A stretch of 64,000 bases of DNA from Auanema rhodensis (Eukaryota; Animalia; Nematoda), in the NCBI GenBank assembly GCA_964057225.1, contig OZ059894.1, positions 1,736,001 to 1,800,000 of the forward strand, written 5' to 3'. Position numbers and translations under genes: made by a program. Shown one piece after another: positions 1 through 10,881 of this stretch. The stretch's first letter is position 1; every line of letters starts with the position of its first letter. The notes below the pieces were generated by a model that made no database searches, was not told the DNA's origin, and saw nothing but the letters and a program-made list of their open reading frames with translations.

Positions 1-9
1 GCATTAGTG

Positions 10-39
10 TATGTTGAGTTTCCATGTACACTCAACATT
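10..39. other. Inverted repeat 1 of the monomer (9-10 bp stem, 10-nt loop)
   Basis: ATGTTGAGT (11-19) is the exact reverse complement of ACTCAACAT (30-38); the common A39 allele adds a T10-A39 pair. Confidence 0.9.
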
Positions 40-65
40 GCTTCCAAAAACATTTTGACAAAAAT

Positions 66-77
66 TTTTTCGAAAAA
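66..77. other. 12-bp perfect palindrome TTTTTCGAAAAA within an A/T-tract cluster
   Basis: Read directly; flanked by AAAT...TTT, which extends the symmetry imperfectly. Confidence 0.85.
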
Positions 78-188
78 TTTCAAAATAATTTAGCAGAAAG
101 TAGATGTTTTTAGATTCCTTTTTTCAAGGCAAAGACGATGGACAATGTTATTCAACGAAAAAATTAATTCTTCAGGGTGAAAATCGAG

Positions 189-210
189 GATATAAGTGTT
201 AACTTATATC
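189..210. other. Inverted repeat 2 of the monomer (9-bp stem, 4-nt loop GTTA/GTGA)
   Basis: GATATAAGT (189-197) is the exact reverse complement of ACTTATATC (202-210); it overlaps a second dyad ATATCA-GT-TGATAT (205-218). Confidence 0.9.
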
Positions 211-220
211 AGTTGATATC

Positions 221-287
221 TCGGTGCATTTTTAAGCTAGCGCAAATCTGATAACACAGATCGACGCAGCTTAAAAATCCGCATCGA
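221..287. other. Inverted repeat 3 of the monomer: 67-bp compound hairpin
   Basis: TCGGTGC(221-227)/GCATCGA(281-287) with one G-T pair; ATTTTTAAGCT(228-238)/AGCTTAAAAAT(268-278) perfect 11 bp; GCG(240-242)/CGC(265-267); ATCTG(246-250)/CAGAT(257-261); loop ATAACA. Confidence 0.9.
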
Positions 288-3200
288 ATGCACTATACTA
301 CATTGAGGAACGCTTAATACAAAAATTAGTTATGATCGTTTGAAAAATGATGCATTAGTGTATGTTGAGTTTCCATGTACACTCAACATAGCTTCCAAAA
401 ACATTTTGACAAAAATTTTTTCGAAAAATTTCAAAATAATTTAGCAAAAAGTAGATGTTTTTAGATTCCTTTTTTCAAGGCAAAGACGATGGACAATGTT
501 ATTCAACGAAAAAATTAATTCTTCAGGGTGAAAATCGAGGATATAAGTGTTAACTTATATCAGTTGATATCTCGGTGCATTTTTAAGCTAGCGCAAATCT
601 GATAACACAGATCGACGCAGCTTGAAAATCCGCATCGAATGCACTATACTACATTGAGGAACGCTTAATACAAAAATTAGTTATGATCGTTTGAAAAATG
701 ATGCATTAGTGTATGTTGAGTTTCCATGTACACTCAACATAGCTTCCAAAAACATTTTGACAAAAATTTTTTCGAAAAATTTCAGAATAATTTAGCAAAA
801 AGTAGATGTTTTTAGATTCCTTTTTTCAAGGCAAAGACGATGGACAATGTTATTCAACGAAAAAATTAATTCTTCAGGGTGAAAATCGAGGATATAAGTG
901 TGAACTTATATCAGTTGATATCTCGGTGCATTTTTAAGCTAGCGCAAATCTGATAACACAGATCGACGCAGCTTAAAAATCCGCATCGAATGCACTACAC
1001 TACATTGAGGAACGCTTAATACAAAAATTAGTTATGATCGTTTGAAAAATGATGCATTAGTGTATGTTGAGTTTCCATGTACACTCAACATTGCTTCCAA
1101 AAACATTTTGACAAAAATTTTTTCGAAAAATTTCAAAATAATTTAGCAGAAAGTAGATGTTTTTAGATTCCTTTTTTCAAGGCAAAGACGATGGACAATG
1201 TTATTCAACGAAAAAATTAATTCTTCAGGGTGAAAATCGAGGATATAAGTGTTAACTTATATCAGTTGATATCTCGGTGCATTTTTAAGCTAGCGCAAAT
1301 CTGATAACACAGATCGACGCAGCTTAAAAATCCGCATCGAATGCACTATACTACATTGAGGAACGCTTAATACAAAAATTAGTTATGATCGTTTGAAAAA
1401 TGATGCATTAGTGTATGTTGAGTTTCCATGTACACTCAACATAGCTTCCAAAAACATTTTGACAAAAATTTTTTCAAAAAATTTCAGAATAATTTAGCAA
1501 AAAGTAGATGTTTTTAGATTCCTTTTTTCAAGGCAAAGACGATGGACAATGTTATTCAACGAAAAAATTAATTCTTCAGGGTGAAAATCGAGGATATAAG
1601 TGTGAACTTATATCAGTTGATATCTCGGTGCATTTTTAAGCTAGCGCAAATCTGATAACACAGATCGACGCAGCTTGAAAATCCGCATCTAATGCACTAT
1701 ACTACTTTGAGAAACGCTTAATACAAAAATTAGTTATGATCGTTTGAAAAATGATGCATTAGTGTATGTTGAGTTTCCATGTACACTCAACATTGCTTCC
1801 AAAAACATTTTGACAAAAATTTTTTCGAAAAATTTCAAAATAATTTAGCAAAAAGTAGATGTTTTTAGATTCCTTTTTTCAAGGCAAAGACGATGGACAA
1901 TGTTATTCAACGAAAAAATTAATTCTTCAGGGTGAAAATCGAGGATATAAGTGTGAACTTATATCAGTTGATATCTCGGTGCATTTTTAAGCTAGCGCAA
2001 ATCTGATAACACAGATCGACGCAGCTTAAAAATCCGCATCGAATGCACTATACTTCATTGAGGAACGCTTAATACAAAAATTAGTTATGATCGTTTGAAA
2101 AATGATGCATTAGTGTATGTTGAGTTTCCATGTACACTCAACATAGCTTCCAAAAACATTTTGACAAAAATTTTTTCGAAAAATTTCAAAATAATTTAGC
2201 AGAAAGTAGATGTTTTTAGATTCCTTTTTTCAAGGCAAAGACGATGGACAATGTTATTCAACGAAAAAATTAATTCTTCAGGGTGAAAATCGAGGATATA
2301 AGTGTTAACTTATATCAGTTGATATCTCGGTGCATTTTTAAGCTAGCGCAAATCTGATAACACAGATCGACGCAGCTTAAAAATCCGCATCGAATGCACT
2401 ATACTACATTGAGGAACGCTTAATACAAAAATTAGTTATGATCGTTTGAAAAATGATGCATTAGTGTATGTTGAGTTTCCATGTACACTCAACATAGCTT
2501 CCAAAAACATTTTGACAAAAATTTTTTCGAAAAATTTCAGAATAATTTAGCAAAAAGTAGATGTTTTTAGATTCCTTTTTTCAAGGCAAAGACGATGGAC
2601 AATGTTATTCAACGAAAAAATTAATTCTTCAGGGTGAAAATCGAGGATATAAGTGTGAACTTATATCAGTTGATATCTCGGTGCATTTTTAAGCTAGCGC
2701 AAATCTGATAACACAGATCGACGCAGCTTAAAAATCCGCATCGAATGCACTACACTACATTGAGGAACGCTTAATACAAAAATTAGTTATGATCGTTTGA
2801 AAAATGATGCATTAGTGTATGTTGAGTTTCCATGTACACTCAACATTGCTTCCAAAAACATTTTGACAAAAATTTTTTCGAAAAATTTCAAAATAATTTA
2901 GCAGAAAGTAGATGTTTTTAGATTCCTTTTTTCAAGGCAAAGACGATGGACAATGTTATTCAACGAAAAAATTAATTCTTCAGGGTGAAAATCGAGGATA
3001 TAAGTGTTAACTTATATCAGTTGATATCTCGGTGCATTTTTAAGCTAGCGCAAATCTGATAACACAGATCGACGCAGCTTAAAAATCCGCATCGAATGCA
3101 CTATACTACATTGAGGAACGCTTAATACAAAAATTAGTTATGATCGTTTGAAAAATGATGCATTAGTGTATGTTGAGTTTCCATGTACACTCAACATAGC

Positions 3201-6200
3201 TTCCAAAAACATTTTGACAAAAATTTTTTCGAAAAATTTCAAAATAATTTAGCAAAAAGTAGATGTTTTTAGATTCCTTTTTTCAAGGCAAAGACGATGG
3301 ACAATGTTATTCAACGAAAAAATTAATTCTTCAGGGTGAAAATCGAGGATATAAGTGTTAACTTATATCAGTTGATATCTCGGTGCATTTTTAAGCTAGC
3401 GCAAATCTGATAACACAGATCGACGCAGCTTGAAAATCCGCATCGAATGCACTATACTACATTGAGGAACGCTTAATACAAAAATTAGTTATGATCGTTT
3501 GAAAAATGATGCATTAGTGTATGTTGAGTTTCCATGTACACTCAACATAGCTTCCAAAAACATTTTGACAAAAATTTTTTCGAAAAATTTCAGAATAATT
3601 TAGCAAAAAGTAGATGTTTTTAGATTCCTTTTTTCAAGGCAAAGACGATGGACAATGTTATTCAACGAAAAAATTAATTCTTCAGGGTGAAAATCGAGGA
3701 TATAAGTGTGAACTTATATCAGTTGATATCTCGGTGCATTTTTAAGCTAGCGCAAATCTGATAACACAGATCGACGCAGCTTAAAAATCCGCATCGAATG
3801 CACTACACTACATTGAGGAACGCTTAATACAAAAATTAGTTATGATCGTTTGAAAAATGATGCATTAGTGTATGTTGAGTTTCCATGTACACTCAACATT
3901 GCTTCCAAAAACATTTTGACAAAAATTTTTTCGAAAAATTTCAAAATAATTTAGCAGAAAGTAGATGTTTTTAGATTCCTTTTTTCAAGGCAAAGACGAT
4001 GGACAATGTTATTCAACGAAAAAATTAATTCTTCAGGGTGAAAATCGAGGATATAAGTGTTAACTTATATCAGTTGATATCTCGGTGCATTTTTAAGCTA
4101 GCGCAAATCTGATAACACAGATCGACGCAGCTTAAAAATCCGCATCGAATGCACTATACTACATTGAGGAACGCTTAATACAAAAATTAGTTATGATCGT
4201 TTGAAAAATGATGCATTAGTGTATGTTGAGTTTCCATGTACACTCAACATAGCTTCCAAAAACATTTTGACAAAAATTTTTTCAAAAAATTTCAGAATAA
4301 TTTAGCAAAAAGTAGATGTTTTTAGATTCCTTTTTTCAAGGCAAAGACGATGGACAATGTTATTCAACGAAAAAATTAATTCTTCAGGGTGAAAATCGAG
4401 GATATAAGTGTGAACTTATATCAGTTGATATCTCGGTGCATTTTTAAGCTAGCGCAAATCTGATAACACAGATCGACGCAGCTTGAAAATCCGCATCTAA
4501 TGCACTATACTACTTTGAGAAACGCTTAATACAAAAATTAGTTATGATCGTTTGAAAAATGATGCATTAGTGTATGTTGAGTTTCCATGTACACTCAACA
4601 TTGCTTCCAAAAACATTTTGACAAAAATTTTTTCGAAAAATTTCAAAATAATTTAGCAAAAAGTAGATGTTTTTAGATTCCTTTTTTCAAGGCAAAGACG
4701 ATGGACAATGTTATTCAACGAAAAAATTAATTCTTCAGGGTGAAAATCGAGGATATAAGTGTGAACTTATATCAGTTGATATCTCGGTGCATTTTTAAGC
4801 TAGCGCAAATCTGATAACACAGATCGACGCAGCTTAAAAATCCGCATCGAATGCACTATACTTCATTGAGGAACGCTTAATACAAAAATTAGTTATGATC
4901 GTTTGAAAAATGATGCATTAGTGTATGTTGAGTTTCCATGTACACTCAACATAGCTTCCAAAAACATTTTGACAAAAATTTTTTCGAAAAATTTCAAAAT
5001 AATTTAGCAGAAAGTAGATGTTTTTAGATTCCTTTTTTCAAGGCAAAGACGATGGACAATGTTATTCAACGAAAAAATTAATTCTTCAGGGTGAAAATCG
5101 AGGATATAAGTGTTAACTTATATCAGTTGATATCTCGGTGCATTTTTAAGCTAGCGCAAATCTGATAACACAGATCGACGCAGCTTAAAAATCCGCATCG
5201 AATGCACTATACTACATTGAGGAACGCTTAATACAAAAATTAGTTATGATCGTTTGAAAAATGATGCATTAGTGTATGTTGAGTTTCCATGTACACTCAA
5301 CATTGCTTCCAAAAACATTTTGACAAAAATTTTTTCGAAAAATTTCAGAATAATTTAGCAAAAAGTAGATGTTTTTAGATTCCTTTTTTCAAGGCAAAGA
5401 CGATGGACAATGTTATTCAACGAAAAAATTAATTCTTCAGGGTGAAAATCGAGGATATAAGTGTGAACTTATATCAGTTGATATCTCGGTGCATTTTTAA
5501 GCTAGCGCAAATCTGATAACACAGATCGACGCAGCTTGAAAATCCGCATCGAATGCACTATACTACATTGAGGAACGCTTAATACAAAAATTAGTTATGA
5601 TCGTTTGAAAAATGATGCATTAGTGTATGTTGAGTTTCCATGTACACTCAACATAGCTTCCAAAAACATTTTGACAAAAATTTTTTCGAAAAATTTCAGA
5701 ATAATTTAGCAAAAAGTAGATGTTTTTAGATTCCTTTTTTCAAGGCAAAGACGATGGACAATGTTATTCAACGAAAAAATTAATTCTTCAGGGTGAAAAT
5801 CGAGGATATAAGAGTGAACTTATATCAGTTGATATCTCGGTGCATTTTTAAGCTAGCGCAAATCTGATAACACAGATCGACGCAGCTTGAAAATCCGCAT
5901 CGAATGCACTATACTACATTGAGGAACGCTTAATACAAAAATTAGTTATGATCGTTTGAAAAATGATGCATTAGTGTATGTTGAGTTTCCATGTACACTC
6001 AACATAGCTTCCAAAAACATTTTGACAAAAATTTTTTCGAAAAATTTCAGAATAATTTAGCAAAAAGTAGATGTTTTTAGATTCCTTTTTTCAAGGCAAA
6101 GACGATGGACAATGTTATTCAACGAAAAAATTAATTCTTCAGGGTGAAAATCGAGGATATAAGTGTGAACTTATATCAGTTGATATCTCGGTGCATTTTT

Positions 6201-6669
6201 AAGCTAGCGCAAATCTGATAACACAGATCGACGCAGCTTGAAAATCCGCATCGAATGCACTATACTACATTGAGGAACGCTTAATACAAAAATTAGTTAT
6301 GATCGTTTGAAAAATGATGCATTAGTGTATGTTGAGTTTCCATGTACACTCAACATAGCTTCCAAAAACATTTTGACAAAAATTTTTTCGAAAAATTTCA
6401 GAATAATTTAGCAAAAAGTAGATGTTTTTAGATTCCTTTTTTCAAGGCAAAGACGATGGACAATGTTATTCAACGAAAAAATTAATTCTTCAGGGTGAAA
6501 ATCGAGGATATAAGAGTGAACTTATATCAGTTGATATCTCGGTGCATTTTTAAGCTAGCGCAAATCTGATAACACAGATCGACGCAGCTTGAAAATCCGC
6601 ATCGAATGCACTATACTACATTGAGGAACGCTTAATACAAAAATTAGTTATGATCGTTTGAAAAATGAT

Positions 6670-9600
6670 GCATTAGTGTATGTTGAGTTTCCATGTACAC
6701 TCAACATAGCTTCCAAAAACATTTTGACAAAAATTTTTTCGAAAAATTTCAGAATAATTTAGCAAAAAGTAGATGTTTTTAGATTCCTTTTTTCAAGGCA
6801 AAGACGATGGACAATGTTATTCAACGAAAAAATTAATTCTTCAGGGTGAAAATCGAGGATATAAGTGTGAACTTATATCAGTTGATATCTCGGTGCATTT
6901 TTAAGCTAGCGCAAATCTGATAACACAGATCGACGCAGCTTGAAAATCCGCATCTAATGCACTATACTACTTTGAGAAACGCTTAATACAAAAATTAGTT
7001 ATGATCGTTTGAAAAATGATGCATTAGTGTATGTTGAGTTTCCATGTACACTCAACATTGCTTCCAAAAACATTTTGACAAAAATTTTTTCGAAAAATTT
7101 CAAAATAATTTAGCAAAAAGTAGATGTTTTTAGATTCCTTTTTTCAAGGCAAAGACGATGGACAATGTTATTCAACGAAAAAATTAATTCTTCAGGGTGA
7201 AAATCGAGGATATAAGTGTGAACTTATATCAGTTGATATCTCGGTGCATTTTTAAGCTAGCGCAAATCTGATAACACAGATCGACGCAGCTTAAAAATCC
7301 GCATCGAATGCACTATACTTCATTGAGGAACGCTTAATACAAAAATTAGTTATGATCGTTTGAAAAATGATGCATTAGTGTATGTTGAGTTTCCATGTAC
7401 ACTCAACATAGCTTCCAAAAACATTTTGACAAAAATTTTTTCGAAAAATTTCAAAATAATTTAGCAAAAAGTAGATGTTTTTAGATTCCTTTTTTCAAGG
7501 CAAAGACGATGGACAATGTTATTCAACGAAAAAATTAATTCTTCAGGGTGAAAATCGAGGATATAAGTGTGAACTTATATCAGTTGATATCTCGGTGCAT
7601 TTTTAAGCTAGCGCAAATCTGATAACACAGATCGACGCAGCTTAAAAATCCGCATCGAATGCACTATACTACATTGAGGAACGCTTAATACAAAAATTAG
7701 TTATGATCGTTTGAAAAATGATGCATTAGTGTATGTTGAGTTTCCATGTACACTCAACATTGCTTCCAAAAACATTTTGACAAAAATTTTTTCGAAAAAT
7801 TTCAAAATAATTTAGCAGAAAGTAGATGTTTTTAGATTCCTTTTTTCAAGGCAAAGACGATGGACAATGTTATTCAACGAAAAAATTAATTCTTCAGGGA
7901 GAAAATCGAGGATATAAGTGTTAACTTATATCAGTTGATATCTCGGTGCATTTTTAAGCTAGCGCAAATCTGATAACACAGATCGACGCAGCTTGAAAAT
8001 CCGCATCGAATGCACTATACTACATTGAGGAACGCTTAATACAAAAATTAGTTATGATCGTTTGAAAAATGATGCATTAGTGTATGTTGAGTTTCCATGT
8101 ACACTCAACATAGCTTCCAAAAACATTTTGACAAAAATTTTTTCGAAAAATTTCAGAATAATTTAGCAAAAAGTAGATGTTTTTAGATTCCTTTTTTCAA
8201 GGCAAAGACGATGGACAATGTTATTCAACGAAAAAATTAATTCTTCAGGGTGAAAATCGAGGATATAAGTGTGAACTTATATCAGTTGATATCTCGGTGC
8301 ATTTTTAAGCTAGCGCAAATCTGATAACACAGATCGACGCAGCTTGAAAATCCGCATCTAATGCACTATACTACTTTGAGAAACGCTTAATACAAAAATT
8401 AGTTATGATCGTTTGAAAAATGATGCATTAGTGTATGTTGAGTTTCCATGTACACTCAACATTGCTTCCAAAAACATTTTGACAAAAATTTTTTCGAAAA
8501 ATTTCAAAATAATTTAGCAAAAAGTAGATGTTTTTAGATTCCTTTTTTCAAGGCAAAAACGATGGACAATGTTATTCAACGAAAAAATTAATTCTTCAGG
8601 GTGAAAATCGAGGATATAAGTGTGAACTTATATCAGTTGATATCTCGGTGCATTTTTAAGCTAGCGCAAATCTGATAACACAGATCGACGCAGCTTAAAA
8701 ATCCGCATCGAATGCACTATACTTCATTGAGGAACGCTTAATACAAAAATTAGTTATGATCGTTTGAAAAATGATGCATTAGTGTATGTTGAGTTTCCAT
8801 GTACACTCAACATAGCTTCCAAAAACATTTTGACAAAAATTTTTTCGAAAAATTTCAAAATAATTTAGCAAAAAGTAGATGTTTTTAGATTCCTTTTTTC
8901 AAGGCAAAGACGATGGACAATGTTATTCAACGAAAAAATTAATTCTTCAGGGTGAAAATCGAGGATATAAGTGTGAACTTATATCAGTTGATATCTCGGT
9001 GCATTTTTAAGCTAGCGCAAATCTGATAACACAGATCGACGCAGCTTAAAAATCCGCATCGAATGCACTATACTACATTGAGGAACGCTTAATACAAAAA
9101 TTAGTTATGATCGTTTGAAAAATGATGCATTAGTGTATGTTGAGTTTCCATGTACACTCAACATTGCTTCCAAAAACATTTTGACAAAAATTTTTTCGAA
9201 AAATTTCAAAATAATTTAGCAGAAAGTAGATGTTTTTAGATTCCTTTTTTCAAGGCAAAGACGATGGACAATGTTATTCAACGAAAAAATTAATTCTTCA
9301 GGGAGAAAATCGAGGATATAAGTGTTAACTTATATCAGTTGATATCTCGGTGCATTTTTAAGCTAGCGCAAATCTGATAACACAGATCGACGCAGCTTGA
9401 AAATCCGCATCGAATGCACTATACTACATTGAGGAACGCTTAATACAAAAATTAGTTATGATCGTTTGAAAAATGATGCATTAGTGTATGTTGAGTTTCC
9501 ATGTACACTCAACATAGCTTCCAAAAACATTTTGACAAAAATTTTTTCGAAAAATTTCAGAATAATTTAGCAAAAAGTAGATGTTTTTAGATTCCTTTTT

Positions 9601-10881
9601 TCAAGGCAAAGACGATGGACAATGTTATTCAACGAAAAAATTAATTCTTCAGGGTGAAAATCGAGGATATAAGTGTGAACTTATATCAGTTGATATCTCG
9701 GTGCATTTTTAAGCTAGCGCAAATCTGATAACACAGATCGACGCAGCTTGAAAATCCGCATCTAATGCACTATACTACTTTGAGAAACGCTTAATACAAA
9801 AATTAGTTATGATCGTTTGAAAAATGATGCATTAGTGTATGTTGAGTTTCCATGTACACTCAACATTGCTTCCAAAAACATTTTGACAAAAATTTTTTCG
9901 AAAAATTTCAAAATAATTTAGCAAAAAGTAGATGTTTTTAGATTCCTTTTTTCAAGGCAAAGACGATGGACAATGTTATTCAACGAAAAAATTAATTCTT
10001 CAGGGTGAAAATCGAGGATATAAGTGTGAACTTATATCAGTTGATATCTCGGTGCATTTTTAAGCTAGCGCAAATCTGATAACACAGATCGACGCAGCTT
10101 GAAAATCCGCATCGAATGCACTATACTTCATTGAGGAACGCTTAATACAAAAATTAGTTATGATCGTTTGAAAAATGATGCATTAGTGTATGTTGAGTTT
10201 CCATGTACACTCAACATAGCTTCCAAAAACATTTTGACAAAAATTTTTTCGAAAAATTTCAAAATAATTTAGCAAAAAGTAGATGTTTTTAGATTCCTTT
10301 TTTCAAGGCAAAGACGATGGACAATGTTATTCAACGAAAAAATTAATTCTTCAGGGTGAAAATCGAGGATATAAGTGTGAACTTATATCAGTTGATATCT
10401 CGGTGCATTTTTAAGCTAGCGCAAATCTGATAACACAGATCGACGCAGCTTAAAAATCCGCATCGAATGCACTATACTACATTGAGGAACGCTTAATACA
10501 AAAATTAGTTATGATCGTTTGAAAAATGATGCATTAGTGTATGTTGAGTTTCCATGTACACTCAACATTGCTTCCAAAAACATTTTGACAAAAATTTTTT
10601 CGAAAAATTTCAAAATAATTTAGCAGAAAGTAGATGTTTTTAGATTCCTTTTTTCAAGGCAAAGACGATGGACAATGTTATTCAACGAAAAAATTAATTC
10701 TTCAGGGAGAAAATCGAGGATATAAGTGTTAACTTATATCAGTTGATATCTCGGTGCATTTTTAAGCTAGCGCAAATCTGATAACACAGATCGACGCAGC
10801 TTGAAAATCCGCATCGAATGCACTATACTACATTGAGGAACGCTTAATACAAAAATTAGTTATGATCGTTTGAAAAATGAT
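6670..10881. repeat. 4-monomer (1404-bp) HOR, three copies, M20-31
   Basis: T178A at 7900, 9304, 10708; G286T at 6955, 8359, 9763; A300T in M21, M25, M29. Confidence 0.88.

Larger units (their letters stand above)
1..351. repeat. Representative monomer (M1; arbitrary phase)
   Basis: 111/351 G+C; 12 CpG; sites for BsrGI (25-30), BstBI (69-74), EcoRV (215-220), NheI (236-241) and NsiI across the junction; HpaI (198-203) only in the T200 allele. Confidence 0.98.
1..5265. repeat. 8-monomer (2808-bp) higher-order duplication, M1-7 = M9-15
   Basis: Same allele strings in the same order; the private G72A variant occurs at 1476 and 4284 only. Confidence 0.88.

Noticed and set aside
68-84. CENP-B box
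   Set aside because: It matches TTCG-N4-A but lacks the essential CGGG of NTTCGNNNNANNCGGGN.
120-175. Satellite-encoded hammerhead ribozyme (CTGAAGA on the minus strand at 169-175; CTGATAA...GAAA on the plus strand at 248-276)
   Set aside because: I could not build stem II followed by GAAA, or stems I/III, around the minus-strand motif, and the plus-strand motif lacks the conserved G of CUGANGA. An Infernal search with Rfam hammerhead models would settle it.
189-287. tRNA, 5S rRNA, snRNA or spliced-leader gene repeat; intrinsic terminators
   Set aside because: I recognised no cloverleaf, A/B boxes, 5S or SL sequence; the hairpins are AT-rich and have no gene context.
1-351. Giant repetitive ORF (351 bp = 117 codons, so the frame is kept between monomers)
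   Set aside because: All six frames are closed in the monomer: + frame 1 TAG 91-93, TAA 193-195; frame 2 TAG 5-7; frame 3 TGA 15-17; minus-strand stops at TTA 4-6, TCA 32-34, TTA 90-92. T178A removes one stop but others remain.
1-351. Assignment to a known 350-360 bp satellite (Drosophila 1.688 family, tenebrionid beetle satellites)
   Set aside because: Only length and AT content are similar; I recognise no sequence identity and cannot run a search.
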